From: Amphiscolops sp. MND2022
Lineage: Eukaryota
Direction of reading: 5' to 3'
Length of the DNA: 64,000 nucleotides
Assembly: GCA_964187785.1 (NCBI GenBank)
Contig: OZ076409.1
Span: 38,690,001 to 38,754,000, forward strand
Shown here: in pieces, positions 1 to 11,900 of the stretch
How positions within the stretch are numbered: the stretch's first letter is position 1
Layout: the number at the start of each line of letters is the position of its first letter
Position numbers and translations under genes: made by a program
The notes under the pieces: generated by a model
Database searches by the model: none
The model's input: only the letters and a program-made list of their open reading frames with translations
What the model was told of the DNA's origin: nothing

Positions 1-580
1 TCTCTGTATCAAAGAAATCAAACAATAACAGACGGACATCATTTCGGACAAAAATGTGTTCCATAAAATGTATTTAAAACCATCTCCGGCCAAATTGCTA
101 TTTTGACCAAGATTAGAGATCGGTCTCTGTACTAGTCGTTTTTGTGGTGGCTTGACCAGTGGCTAGGGTTACCCTGTCGATGCAGTAAAAATGATCTGAC
201 ATGACCTTGCCACACTCTTTCCTGTTTTGACATAGATTATCCTCAGGATCCTTTTGGGTCAACGCCCATAAACTTGTTTATGGTTCTTACTCAGAGACGA
301 TCACAGTTCACATTTACTGCATGTTTTTTACTGAGTTTTCCACCAAAGGACCCTCGAAAGTTTTTTCTGTTTTTTTTCGGATGAAGCAATCCTATGTGAG
401 CCTAAAGGGCACCTATCCTTTTTGGCAATATGAGGTTTTCCAGAGGTTTCTGGAAAACACACAATGATCACATATAAAAGATGTTCAACGTTTTGAGCTT
501 TGAGCATGGGTGCTGGCTTGGACCGTTCCCGGCTCGTTAGAATTCAAATTTTAATTTTTGGAGTGAATCTTCCTGGATGT

Positions 581-1052
581 TTTTTAGTCGGCGCTTTTCT
601 AGAGAAACGAGTCGACTATAGTCATGGCTTTTCGTCAGTGTTTTTTTTCGATACACCTGAAGTGACCAAAATAGTTCTACCCCAAAAGTTCTACAATATT
701 TTGAGGAGACGCCAAATTGTACCCCTTGTCCCAAGGAACTGAACCAAAAAGTTTCCCGCGTAACATACAATACTGGACGAGACCACCCTTTCAGTTTTTT
801 CGGCATTGCGAGACTTTTTTCGAGAAAATTTGTTCCCCGAAGGGTCCCCCTTCATTTTTTTGGAGTTTTGCGAGAGAATGGATGTTGAAAAATCCCAAAG
901 GGTCCCCCTTTCAGTTTTTTTCGGCATTGTGAGACTTTTCACTTTTTTTGATATAAGTGGTCCCCAATTCACCAATACTTTGACATTTTGAAGTCCTTTT
1001 GCTATTTTTGAGCCTTAGATATGGCGCCGACTTGCGCCAGTCCCGGCTTGTT
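581..1052 (+). mobile_element. Helentron/HINE (DINE-1-like) non-autonomous element, family A
   Basis: 5' TTTTTAGTCGGCGC with adjacent AGTCG...CGACT stem-loop; 3' GCGCCGACTT plus short hairpin plus CTTGTT; no TSD. Confidence 0.7.
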
Positions 1053-1227
1053 CACTTTTGACCTCGCTGTTCCGATATGCTTTTTCGAAGCACTAGTTCA
1101 GTTTAGAACCTTTGATTTTCCCGTTAACGTCTTTTCGTCCTTTCTGACTTGAACATTTCTGAAGACTTGAAAAAACTTAAGCCATGCCGGAAATGGGGAC
1201 GATTCAGTGCATGTTGATCATTATTAG

Positions 1228-1543
1228 TCAGTCGGCGCATTTTCCTTTTAAGAAAAAAAGCCCGACTATTACAGTGGCAAGTTTTTCTCTTTTTTTTTCG
1301 TCGGATAACAATGTATGCGTAGTGGACACTTTTTGCATAACTGCGACTTTTTTTCGAATTTTTTTGTCTCTACTATTTTTCTCGGCACTATGAGACTCAA
1401 AATTCTCATTTTTCGTTTTTTTGATATTTTGCAACAAACTGGATTTTCAAGATGCCCAAATGGTTCCCCCTTCTAAAGTTTTAAAAACTTTGCGCTTTTT
1501 GAGCCTTAGATATAGCGCCTACTTTAGACGTTCCCGTCTTGTT
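1228..1543 (+). mobile_element. HINE family A copy
   Basis: AGTCGGCGC...CCCGACT start; GAGCCTTAGATATAGCGCCTACTT...CCCGTCTTGTT end. Confidence 0.65.
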
Positions 1544-1834
1544 ATATTTAACTTGACCAATGGTTAGTTGGTATATATATAATATATAGAAATATATGAT
1601 CCTGAGCCGACTATAATTGAGTCCTCTTTTGAGACACATTTCAAGTGATAAATTTAAATCATTGTTTCTTTTGCTGTAGTGGTAAGGCGCTATTCCGGGA
1701 ACTGAAAGGTAGTTGAATTGATTTCTGCGAATATAAATACAAACCAAAACTTTCACCAACTTGTTATATTAAGTAGCATAGAACTCGTGATAGTTTTTGA
1801 GCATTTTGTGGCTTTTGAAAAAGTTTTATTTCCA

Positions 1835-2520
1835 TTTTTAGTCGGCGCTTCATGAAGTGAAACGCGACTATTATAGTGACTTTTCTTTTTTTTTTTTTTT
1901 CAATCCACACGAACTGACCAAAATAGTTCTTAAAAGTTCTACAAAATATTATTGGTCCAAAATGCACTATTTGGTCTAGCGAACTGAACCAAAAAGGTTT
2001 TTCCTGTTTTTCCGCGTAACAAACCATACCGGGCGAGACCAAAGACTCCCCCCTTTCATTTTTTTCGGCACTGCGAGACTTTTTTTCCGAAAAAAAATTT
2101 TTTCCCCAAAGGGTCCCCCTGCATTTTTTTGATGTTTTGCGACAGAATGGATGTTGAAAAATCCCAAAGGGTCCCCCCTTTCAGTTTTTTTCGGCATTGT
2201 GAGATTTTTTCCCGAAAATGAAAATTTTTGTTTTCTTCAATTTTTTCATGTTTTGCGACAGAATGGATGTTGAAAAACCTCAAAGGGTCCTCCCTTTCAG
2301 TTTTTCGGCATTGTGAGACTTTAGCGCGCCAGGGGCTCGCGCTAGCGAGCCCCGGCGCGCCACTCGGTCCATTTTTTTTGAGTATGTAATTTTTTCGAAA
2401 AATTTTTTTTCAAAAAATTTCGATTTTCGAGTACTGTAAAAGAGTACTTGACACTTGGAAGTCGTTTTGCTATTTTTGAGCCTTGGATATGGCGCCGACT
2501 TGGGCCGGTCCCGGCTTGTT
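1835..2520 (+). mobile_element. HINE family A copy with internal ~120-bp tandem units and a GC-rich hairpin
   Basis: Both termini present; internal repeats of GGGTCCCCCTTTCAGTTTTTTCGGCATTGTGAGA...GAATGGATGTTGAAAAA. Confidence 0.7.
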
Positions 2521-2741
2521 AAAAAATAATATGCTAATGTAATTTTACTGTCTTCGAACTTAATGAATATGAAAATTCATATCTATAAAAATGTTTGAAA
2601 GTTTCACCCTAATTGCTTAACAAGGTCGAAATTGAGATTAGTTTTTACATGTATTTTTGAACAAAAAACTTCTGATTTCTTTTTTAAAAAGCGTACTGGA
2701 TAGCTATTTTATTCGTCGTTGAATTCTTCGGATATTCTAAC

Positions 2742-3846
2742 CAGAGTTGGAACCAAGCTCGTGATTAAATGTTGACGGGTCGGGCGGGCTTAAAGCCGGG
2801 ATTTTTCGAGCTTTAAATTTTTCGGACCGGGTATTTTGGAAAGGAAACGCAGCAGAATTCCCTATGCTCAGTGCAGTTGCTCAAGAATATTCTCAGCGCA
2901 AGCAACCAGTGCTCAAAGTGAACGAGATTTTAGTCAAGCGAGTCTTATTCGCACTACTCGTACAGTAGTGATATTTCTAAAAGCAACAAAAGGCAAATCT
3001 CAAAATCGAATATCTCTAGAACAACAGCGATTTTTGAGAAACGATAAAAGTGAAAGTTTCTTAGATTTTTATCTAGTTTACAAATATGTTTATTTGAAGA
3101 TTATGCGATGAAAATTGTAGAAGTTACGATAGGCCATTTTTAGCTAAATTTAGGTCAAAATTGAGGTTTGCTCAAAGTGTTTGAATATTTTTTGTTCAAT
3201 TGACCTCCCTGGTTTAACTGAAGCTCCTGGTATGTTATGATTTAGAAATCGTAGAAGAAAATGCGCTGTAAAATTAGACTTTTTCGAAAATACATGTATT
3301 AAGATATGATTTTGAAGTTTAACAACTTAAAACAAGCCCATACTAATGCAATTTAGAATATTTTCGAGAAAAAATTATATTGTCAGATTCGAAATGCTCG
3401 GGAGAATTTTTTCATCTAAATTATTTTGAAATCAAAAAATTGTAAGTGGGTCAAAAACTCAAAAAACTAAAAAATGATGTTTTGGAAATTGCTCTCGACC
3501 AATGAAATGAGCGCGTGAGACCTTGATCGGCCAATGAGATTTGTTTATTTGCTTTCGTTCCGCGTGTTATGTTGCTTCTTCTAGAATCACTACTGTAGAG
3601 CCCAGATATTTGCCAGAAAACTGTCTGATGTTGAATTTTTGAATTCTGTTGTAAAAAATGCGATTTTTGAATTCTCATGATGCTTATGCCTGATTATCAT
3701 TTGCAATTACTTTCGGGTATCAAATTCGTTTTCGGTCAGTTTCGTCGGGTATTAAAAATGTTCAAAAATATCGGGTCGTGTTAAAAATTTTGAAACGGGT
3801 TCGGACCGGGCTGCGGGTAGAAAATCATGACCCGGTTCCAACTCTG
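2742..3846 (+). mobile_element. non-autonomous hAT element with a remnant transposase dimerisation domain
   Basis: TIR CAGAGTTGGAACC / GGTTCCAACTCTG; perfect 8-bp TSD ATTCTAAC (2734-2741, 3847-3854); frameshifted FWKGNAAEFPMLSAVA / RIFSAQATSAQSERDFS at about 2835-2960. Confidence 0.88.
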
Positions 3847-6800
3847 ATTCTAACCCACAAATACATTTAAAAAATACACTAAAAAGGAGAATAATTGCTC
3901 AAAAGTTGGAAGGTTTGGCTATATTGGTTCATTTTGGGTACTTTTGAATTTTAAAAAGTTCACATTTTGTTTTTTGAAAGCGTACTAGGTAGCTTATTGT
4001 TTCCTCGTTGGTCAAAAATTGTAAAGGTATTTTGAAGTCATTTTGGGCACTTTTTGCTTGCACTTTTCTCAGAAAAAGTTCAAATATCTCGACAAATACA
4101 TATGGTACGTACCAAATTTTATGGTATTTGAATTTTGTAGAAAAATTTCTACAATCTGGGTATAAAATTGGAACATGTGTAAAAAAATGCGGCTCAGTAT
4201 ATTTTCATTCCCATATTTAAATATGCTCGGAAAATAAACACTCATGCCTAACCATCGGGATTGACTCCCTGTACATTGATAAGCCAACCGAATGGCAGCA
4301 ATTGTCAATCATCCTTCTGAACCTGGTCTCAAGCTCATCTTGTATAGAATGAGTTTTCGGCTCAATGGGTCTTGTCGAGACTGATTGCGAAACAGTCCAG
4401 TAAAGTTTTGATAAACATGTTTCAAACGTTTTTCTTTTGAAGTATTTTCACCAACCTTGGCTACAAAAGACACCTTTTCTCGCCGAATCTACTTATCAAT
4501 ATTTTCCATTTTGTTAGATGTAATCTTGATTTTGTAGCTTAGTCTCAAGTAGCGATGAACTTAATCATTCAATAAAATTCAAAATGCAGCTTTGAAGAGA
4601 TTTATTAGGAGCTGTTAAGTTTTGTCTGGGTCAATCCATAAAAAATGGAAAGTGTATTAAAAAACATGTAAGAAGACGTTTGAAGCGTCTCCATTTCTGT
4701 GCTCCCAAAAAGTTATTCATTGCTTTCTATTGCTAGCTGCTCTATGATTTACTTTTGTATCAATTTCAGCGCATGTAGCTATTTTATATTGTCAAAAAGT
4801 CTGCCAAACTTGAATTAATTTGATTTCTGGCCTTCCTTGTAAACGTGAAGCTTTATAAATCTCTCCTAAAATACCTCAAAATATGCACCATTGTCGTGAA
4901 AATCTACGATAATGAAATCACGTGACGCTTGTTCTGAAATTCTATCAGTATTTGTGGGAAAAGACCGTCACATAGGCCGAGACTCCATAATTACCCGTAA
5001 TTTGATTGATATTCAATCATAGAACTTAGGCCTTCATCCTCTTTGCAATTTGGTAGCAACTCTTTCCTGGCTATGATTCATAATGAGAAATTGTGTCTAG
5101 TTTTTTTTTACGGCCGAGCAAATAGTTTTGTTGAGTAAAACTACATCCATCAGCGAGCATTTCCCTTTTTACCGTCTCTTTTTCATATAAAGCATATATG
5201 CGCCTAAGTGTACCACTATTTTTTACCAACCATATTGAGTGTTCGAGCATCAATAGTTGCACTAAGGCATTTCTCTGCATGTTTTAACCTCGGACTGCAG
5301 GCACATTTTTGCATTGCGGCCGAAATAGTCGATACAGCTACTATGACGTCACAAATACCTAATATTTCATTACTTCCCAGCTTTTTTGTTCGACTTGCGC
5401 GTGTCTGGTCCCATGCCTGTATATCCTGTCTTCCCAATATTTCTTCTTTTCCCGACGAGGATCTCCAACAATGACGATCTATAGGAAAACGCCGTGCCGT
5501 ACTACCAGTAATAGTGTGAAAAACAGCAGTGGCATCCATGTTTTGTTATTCAACCAAATGGCTAACTAACCTAACCTAAATACCACGAAGCGAAGCTGCT
5601 ACCATCATCTCAGCTCAGTTCAGCTCCTTTCTCTGTTGTCTGCCTCTGTTCACTACATACCAAGCAAGCGTTCAATCCATCTTTTTTTTCCATCCCTTTC
5701 TTCGCTTACTTCGCTGCTGCTGCCGCCGCCTGCCTTTCGCAATGACACTGGTCGCATCGTTTTTAGTTGATTCAGTAACCGCTGCCGATACATGGACAGC
5801 AACCGCGGCTGAAGTCGACGACGCTGACGACACCACAATCCATGTTCTGTTTCTTTCCTTAAATGGAAATTTATCTGATATATTTGTCCGAAGTTCGTCA
5901 TGCAGTTTTTCTTCAAATGCAAGGGAGGGAGATGGTTAAAATTTCTACCATTATATTCAAAATTCGTCGTCATTGCGTGTAGTAGTTTAAGATATCCCAC
6001 AGCTTAAATTTGATCGACTTGCTGCACATAAAGTAGACGCGTTGCTCGTTTCGTTGAACAAACGAAGGAAAAAGTGAGTTTATTGTCGTTGAGGAAACAA
6101 ATTGAAACGCGCTAAATTTTTCCATCCAAGCGTGGTTAAATTTTTTAGAAGCAATAAAGCATTGTCATTCTGCTAACCAATGTTATTTTGGTTGTTTTCC
6201 TTTGGATGAAAGTATATTGTTACGGTGGTAAGCTCGAACAATCAGTTAGAGGGGCAAAGAATACAGACATTCTTGTTTGATTGAGTTCACAAACAGTATT
6301 ATCGGTTTACTACTATTATCTACGGAGTATCCTGTCGCCTATTTACCTTCTACGATGCTTCTCTATTGCCTCTAAACAAGTGGAGGAAACTGTAAAACTG
6401 CAATAAGCTTTTCTTCCGTTTCCTTTTCCTCAGAATCGGCAGTGGTTGGTTGTCTAGGAAACAGGCTACTAGTAGTTGGTGAAATTTGAATACCGAAAAG
6501 CAACGCTGAAATTGTAAATGAACCCCTTTTAAGCGGGAACTATACCATACACCGTTCGGAATCTCGTGACTTCCTTTTCAAGGAGGTTTTCCCTATATCT
6601 CTATCGATGCACAAATATTTCAGCTTGAGCGGTTTCAGCTCGCTGTAGGTTCAGTCAGACCTATAGATCACAGACAGTGTTTCAAAGAACAATCAGTGGT
6701 ACTAATTGATCGGCATTATTGCATAGTGACTGCACGCACCGTACGGCTCGCTGGTAATAATGTTGAGTTACCACCAAACTTCTAGTCAACAAATTGACAT

Positions 6801-8958
6801 GTGACCATATCTTGTGTTCTGTTCTCCGATGGCGTGATTCGTGATTTGCAATGACCGTGTAGTGCTACAGTTTTGTTTGTTCTCCTCAATCGTGCCCTAC
6901 CATCCACAGAGCATCGTTTACCCACTTACTTGCAAGCTCTTTAGTCATTCATTCCTTGTCAGATGAATCAGATCGAAACTCTACATTGTGCCAAAATACT
7001 ACTCAAACTCTCGTTGACTTTCAAATCAACGTATTCTTAATCATATTCCTGCTTCCTGCGTTAGAGGAGGACTAATAGTCACTGCTTTAATTTATTGGGT
7101 TGGGTGTCACTTCTAATCCGTAGGTATTACATTACATGTGTTTGATATCGGCGAATACATAACTGTGCATCACCTTACTGTTAGTTACGCATCTGTTATT
7201 TCTGCCGCCTAACTGCCTAACCTACTAATTAGCACAAGCTATAATTGAACCAGAATAACCCTTTTATTTTAGTACCATCAAACGAAAATCTTGGAATTTT
7301 CTGAGTGATTCTGTCAATTTTACAGATCCACCGTGCCAAGTTGAAGTACACACTTTGATTATCTACTAATCAACTGGAAGTGTTTCGTTTTCTGTTAGTG
7401 TCCCTAACGGAAGTGAAATTAACAGTTTTAATCATTTTGAAGCATGAAATTGCCTGTCACAAAATGCGCGCATCGCCTCATGCCTTAATCGTGTCCCAAG
7501 TCTACCACGCAAGCACCCACGAAGACGTCGTTGGTATAACAGGATAAGAAATGTTGCTTTAGCGGCTATGACATCCGCGGCTTTAGCATTGGTTGCAGTG
7601 ATGTGAATACTTCCCCTCTGTCTCGAACCTACCCATCGCTTGTATCCTTCGCTCGTACTTTCTGGTCACGTGCATATAATAACTAACCTATTTCCCCCTG
7701 CTTTATTAGCTTATTTTCGGTCAATTACGAATTCGATTTGCATCATTTCATTGTTCCCATCCATTTGTAACCTCGAGGCTCGAGCATACCACCAACCAAA
7801 AGCTTACCTTCTTGAGACGTTGAATAACACTCGTTTTACTCCGGACATCTTCTGTACAGAGCTATTGTTTCAAAATGTGTTGCATACAAATCGAATTCGT
7901 CAAGTCAAGTCTTGTGGTTTTCACACCAATATAAACACCCCTAGGATGTTTTTTGATAATTTAATGAAATTGACATCATTTCAAGATAGTATTCCAATTA
8001 GGACACATACATTTACCATTTACCACTGTAGAAACACATTTACCATTGAAAACGGCAACCCTTTGAAAAATGCTATGCTTTTTGTTTGTATTTGGGCTTC
8101 AAAGAAATACAAGAACGTCATGGGTTAGTTAATTAGCTTCACATTATTTCCGAGTCGTTGTTTTGTGAGAGGCTTGTTCGCCTTTTGGACTCAAAGAAAT
8201 GAATGGCATGTTTTGTTCTTGCTGCTGGTTTGTAACTAGGGGACTCAATTTGAATTTTTCATTCCAGACTTGACATTACAAGGTTGAATGAAAGTTGGCG
8301 TTGCAAGTACACAATACTTCATTTTTCCTGTATTTCTATTTTGTTCATTTATAATTGATTTGATGATTGCATCAGTGAATTGTATCACTATTTACTGTAC
8401 AGTACACTGTAGACTTGAGTTCCTCTGTATGCAACGCATTAAACGTTAGCGAGAACCGCTCAAAAATGCTGCTTTGAGTTCTTCATTGCCATTTTATCTG
8501 CTCTCGTCTGTTCGGATAGGGATAAATGTGAGAAAGTCAGTATGTCTTGCTCAGTTGCAGTAGGGCTCATCCTCCTTTTCCGTCCCTTCCTGCAATGGCG
8601 GCTGCTTCAACGGAATTAGATCACGTATACACACATACTGCATTATAAACAGTCGGTAGTGTGCTACTAACACCGTGGCAACTTTAGTGGTTGCCGTCAC
8701 TGCTGACTCCAGCTGTGTGTGGCTAAATTCTGCACAACAATTTGTGCCATTGCACTTTTAGAGGATGCAACATACATAATTCTTAGTAGTTGCACTTAAT
8801 CTCTTCTCAGTCGGTATTAGTTGTTCTCTCCCTCCTCCCTCTACTACTTAGCTTTCGAGACACAATCATCGCCCTCCCGACTTCTATTCCACCAAGGTAG
8901 TCGGTACCTCGTTAGCACTCTCTAGATTACCCGCCACCGGTTATCAAAACTGCTCGCC

Positions 8959-8981
8959 ATGCTCCCTTTGTGGAAATGCTG
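8959..8981 (+). CDS. TRIP12: TRIP12 candidate first coding exon (MLPLWKC-)
   Basis: gccATG, in-frame stop at 8923, strong donor TG|GTGAGT at 8982 in phase 2, matching the phase-2 acceptor at 10282. No homology support. Confidence 0.45.
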
Positions 8982-11900
8982 GTGAGTCGATCGATTTCCA
9001 TACTCATACTAGTTGTGACGGGTCCACTCTGTCCCTTATGCTTACAGTTCAATTTAGGCGCACATGGTACGGCCCCCTTTGTTCCTGCATTTTAATACTT
9101 TCAAAAATTCTAGTGTCCCATGATTTTCTATGATTTTTGGTGTCTTTTCGAGACCTCACTCCCCCTGCCTATTCATTGTATCATAACATAGGGTTGCAAA
9201 GTTGGGCTGGTTGACGAAAGTCAATATTACCACATTTGAGATTTGTTTTTTTTTGTCAACTGACTTCCTTGAATTTACATCGCCGTTCACCTTTTCTAGT
9301 ACTCTATTGATTCTTCACCTACCCTGTAGAGATTTTGTGTATTCACGCAGTTACTACATTGATTTTTCCGTAATGGGGAGAGGGGAAGGTGGCAGAAAAT
9401 ACCTGATTTTTGAACTATTTTCTTAAGCAACTAAACCTGGAAATCAAAAGAAAGTGTATCATTAATGAATCAATGAAGCAGGTTGAAGGTCACTCGCCAA
9501 GACAAAAGAAGAAATTCAAGATGCATTTATGTATCATTCATTAGCTTTCCGAATTTCCCAGGATTTAATAAGTCAAAAATCACAGAATTTCCGTGCATTA
9601 GCTCATCTACATAATCTTATTTGCTTACTTTCGCATAAACACTCGGAGCTTTTCGTACTTTTGGCTCAGTGCTTTTGTGTGGACTTATTGGGCAAAGATA
9701 AAACCCATTCTTTGTTAGCACTTTTAAGCGTGCCGGTTTTAATGATGTGTAATGTGAGACTTGTCGTGCAATTCGGAAATGAGTTGAAACGAGAACACGT
9801 TCTCGTCGAGTAATGTAGCAATCATAGTCAACATGGTCGTTATAATTCATGACATCATTTATTCAAGCTACTAGTTACTAATTACTAGATATAATAAGTC
9901 AACTAAAACTTATCACATCCGCCTCAAAGTTGACGCTTACATGAAATGGGTCATTAAAGATCTATGTGGGCTCTCTAATACATATCAAAATGATATTAGT
10001 TATTAGCTGTAATTACACTTTTTAAAGAATGTGAATTTGGCGTCTGGAGTTATTAATAATTAGTGCCATTTGCTGGTATAATCATTGAAATTCATCGGTG
10101 AAGCTTTCAGGGTAAAGTCTTTTACCCTTTCTAGTTAGTCGCTCTACTCAAATTTCCAGTTCTTCCTGTTTTTTTTTCCAAATAGCAGTGCGAGCATTAA
10201 GCGTTACAGTTTTTGAAACCCCTGTAAAACCAGACGGACTGCTTTTTAGTCTATGAAACACCCTGTTTTTCGTTATCATAGTGCCGCCCGTAGATGGGGA
10301 AGCAATGGTAACAACTCGAACGTGAACACCACAACAGTAGCTTCCTCCAATGCAAGCAGCATGGGCAACGGACCGTCCATGTCTGGCAGAAAAAGTCATT
10401 CTCGGTCAGGGGCAGCAGCAGCCAGTGGAACTTCAATGGCAGCTGGCTCCCTGGGTGTGAACCCCTCTTCGACAGCTTCATCTGCTTCCTCGCATCACTC
10501 TTCTGGCGATGGCCCTGGCACTCAACCCAACTCTTCAGCCGCTCACACCCAGTCTTCAACGACCGTGTCCTCTGCGTCTGGCGGCAGCTCAGCTACCAAC
10601 TCTGCTCTTGTCAACTTCAGCGCCGCTTTTGCAGCTGGAACTGAGTCCTTAACCACCGCGCCCACTTCCGTTTCAGATAATCCAAGTTAGTATCCATTGA
10701 TATACGTGTCTATTCAATTTAATTCATTAACGCTCATTAACTTGAGCGGTTTTTACATCTTTTCGAAAAATTTGATTTAAAATTTTCAAACGTTAAATAT
10801 CTCCACGCATACCAGAGAAATGAACTATATAATTCAAAGGTCTGATACTTCGTGCGGGGGCTTGTAGTAAAAACGGCATTCTTTTTCGTTTTGTAGCACA
10901 AGGTCTTGTTGTGGTAGGGTATGGGGTTGCCTTTCCTTATGGGTAAAGGACTTTTGAGAAAATTGGATTTTGCCAAAAAGGTAATTTTGGAAAAGTATAA
11001 CCATTTGTTTTGCCAGAAAAACCCAATTTTCTCAGCTTTGGAGAATAATTCACTTTTGCTAATGCTTGTGCCGTTCAAATCAAACTCGGTGCCATAAAAT
11101 GTCAAGTAAATATGTGCTAAAGAATATGAGCTACTGACAAACTAATCAAGTTGAAAAAACGTTGGTTGTTTTAAAGTACCGCTATGTTATTTAGTGTTAA
11201 AGTGGTTCAACCTTTGAACGCTTTTCAATTTGAAATCTGCAAAAACAAAAGTGATGACCAATTATCCAATGAGTTTTTAGTCGGCGCTTTGCTTAAGAAA
11301 AGAGTCGACTATAGTCATGGCTTTTCGTCAGTTCTTTTTTCGATACACATGAAGTGACCACAATAGTTCTACCGAAAGTTCTACAAAATTTTAATAAATT
11401 GTACCTGGTGGCCCAGGGAACTGAACCAAAAAGATTTTTCCTTTTTGTCCGCGTAACATACAATACCGGGCGTGACGAAAGGGTCCCCTTTACCGTTTTT
11501 TTCGGCATAGTGCAACTTTTTTTTCAAAAAATTCCAAAGGCCCCCTTTTTGGAGTTTTGCGAAAGAATGTATGTTGAAAAATCACATAAGGTCGCCCCTT
11601 TCAGTTTTTTTTCGGCATGGTGAGGCTTTTTCAAAGAAAAAAGAGCCCAATACTTTGACACTTTGAAGTCCTTTTGTTATTTTTGAGCCTCAGATTGGCG
11701 CCAACTTGGGCCTGTCCTGACTTGTTTCCGTTGTCATGGTACTTATGAAAATCGGCCGTTCTGTTTCAGCCCTGTCTTCAATTTTAATTGGCAGTGGATC
11801 GCAAAATGATGACCAGTCTGAGATCACTCAACTTCAAGGTTCTCATGTTATTTCTTTTTTCAAATCCTTTCTCTAAATCATGGGAATTGCTCTGAAATGC

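Noticed and set aside
500..2283. Cluster of overlapping 60-95 aa ORFs ([11 protein letters not shown]..., also at 11293-11623, 18978-19406, 24538-24816, 30999-31244, 32245-33477)
   Set aside because: All lie inside HINE-like repeats and recur with them on both strands; no domain or splice support.
7640..8128. 162-aa ORF upstream of TRIP12
   Set aside because: TTG start, composition typical of AT-rich non-coding DNA, no recognisable domain or phase-compatible splice pair.
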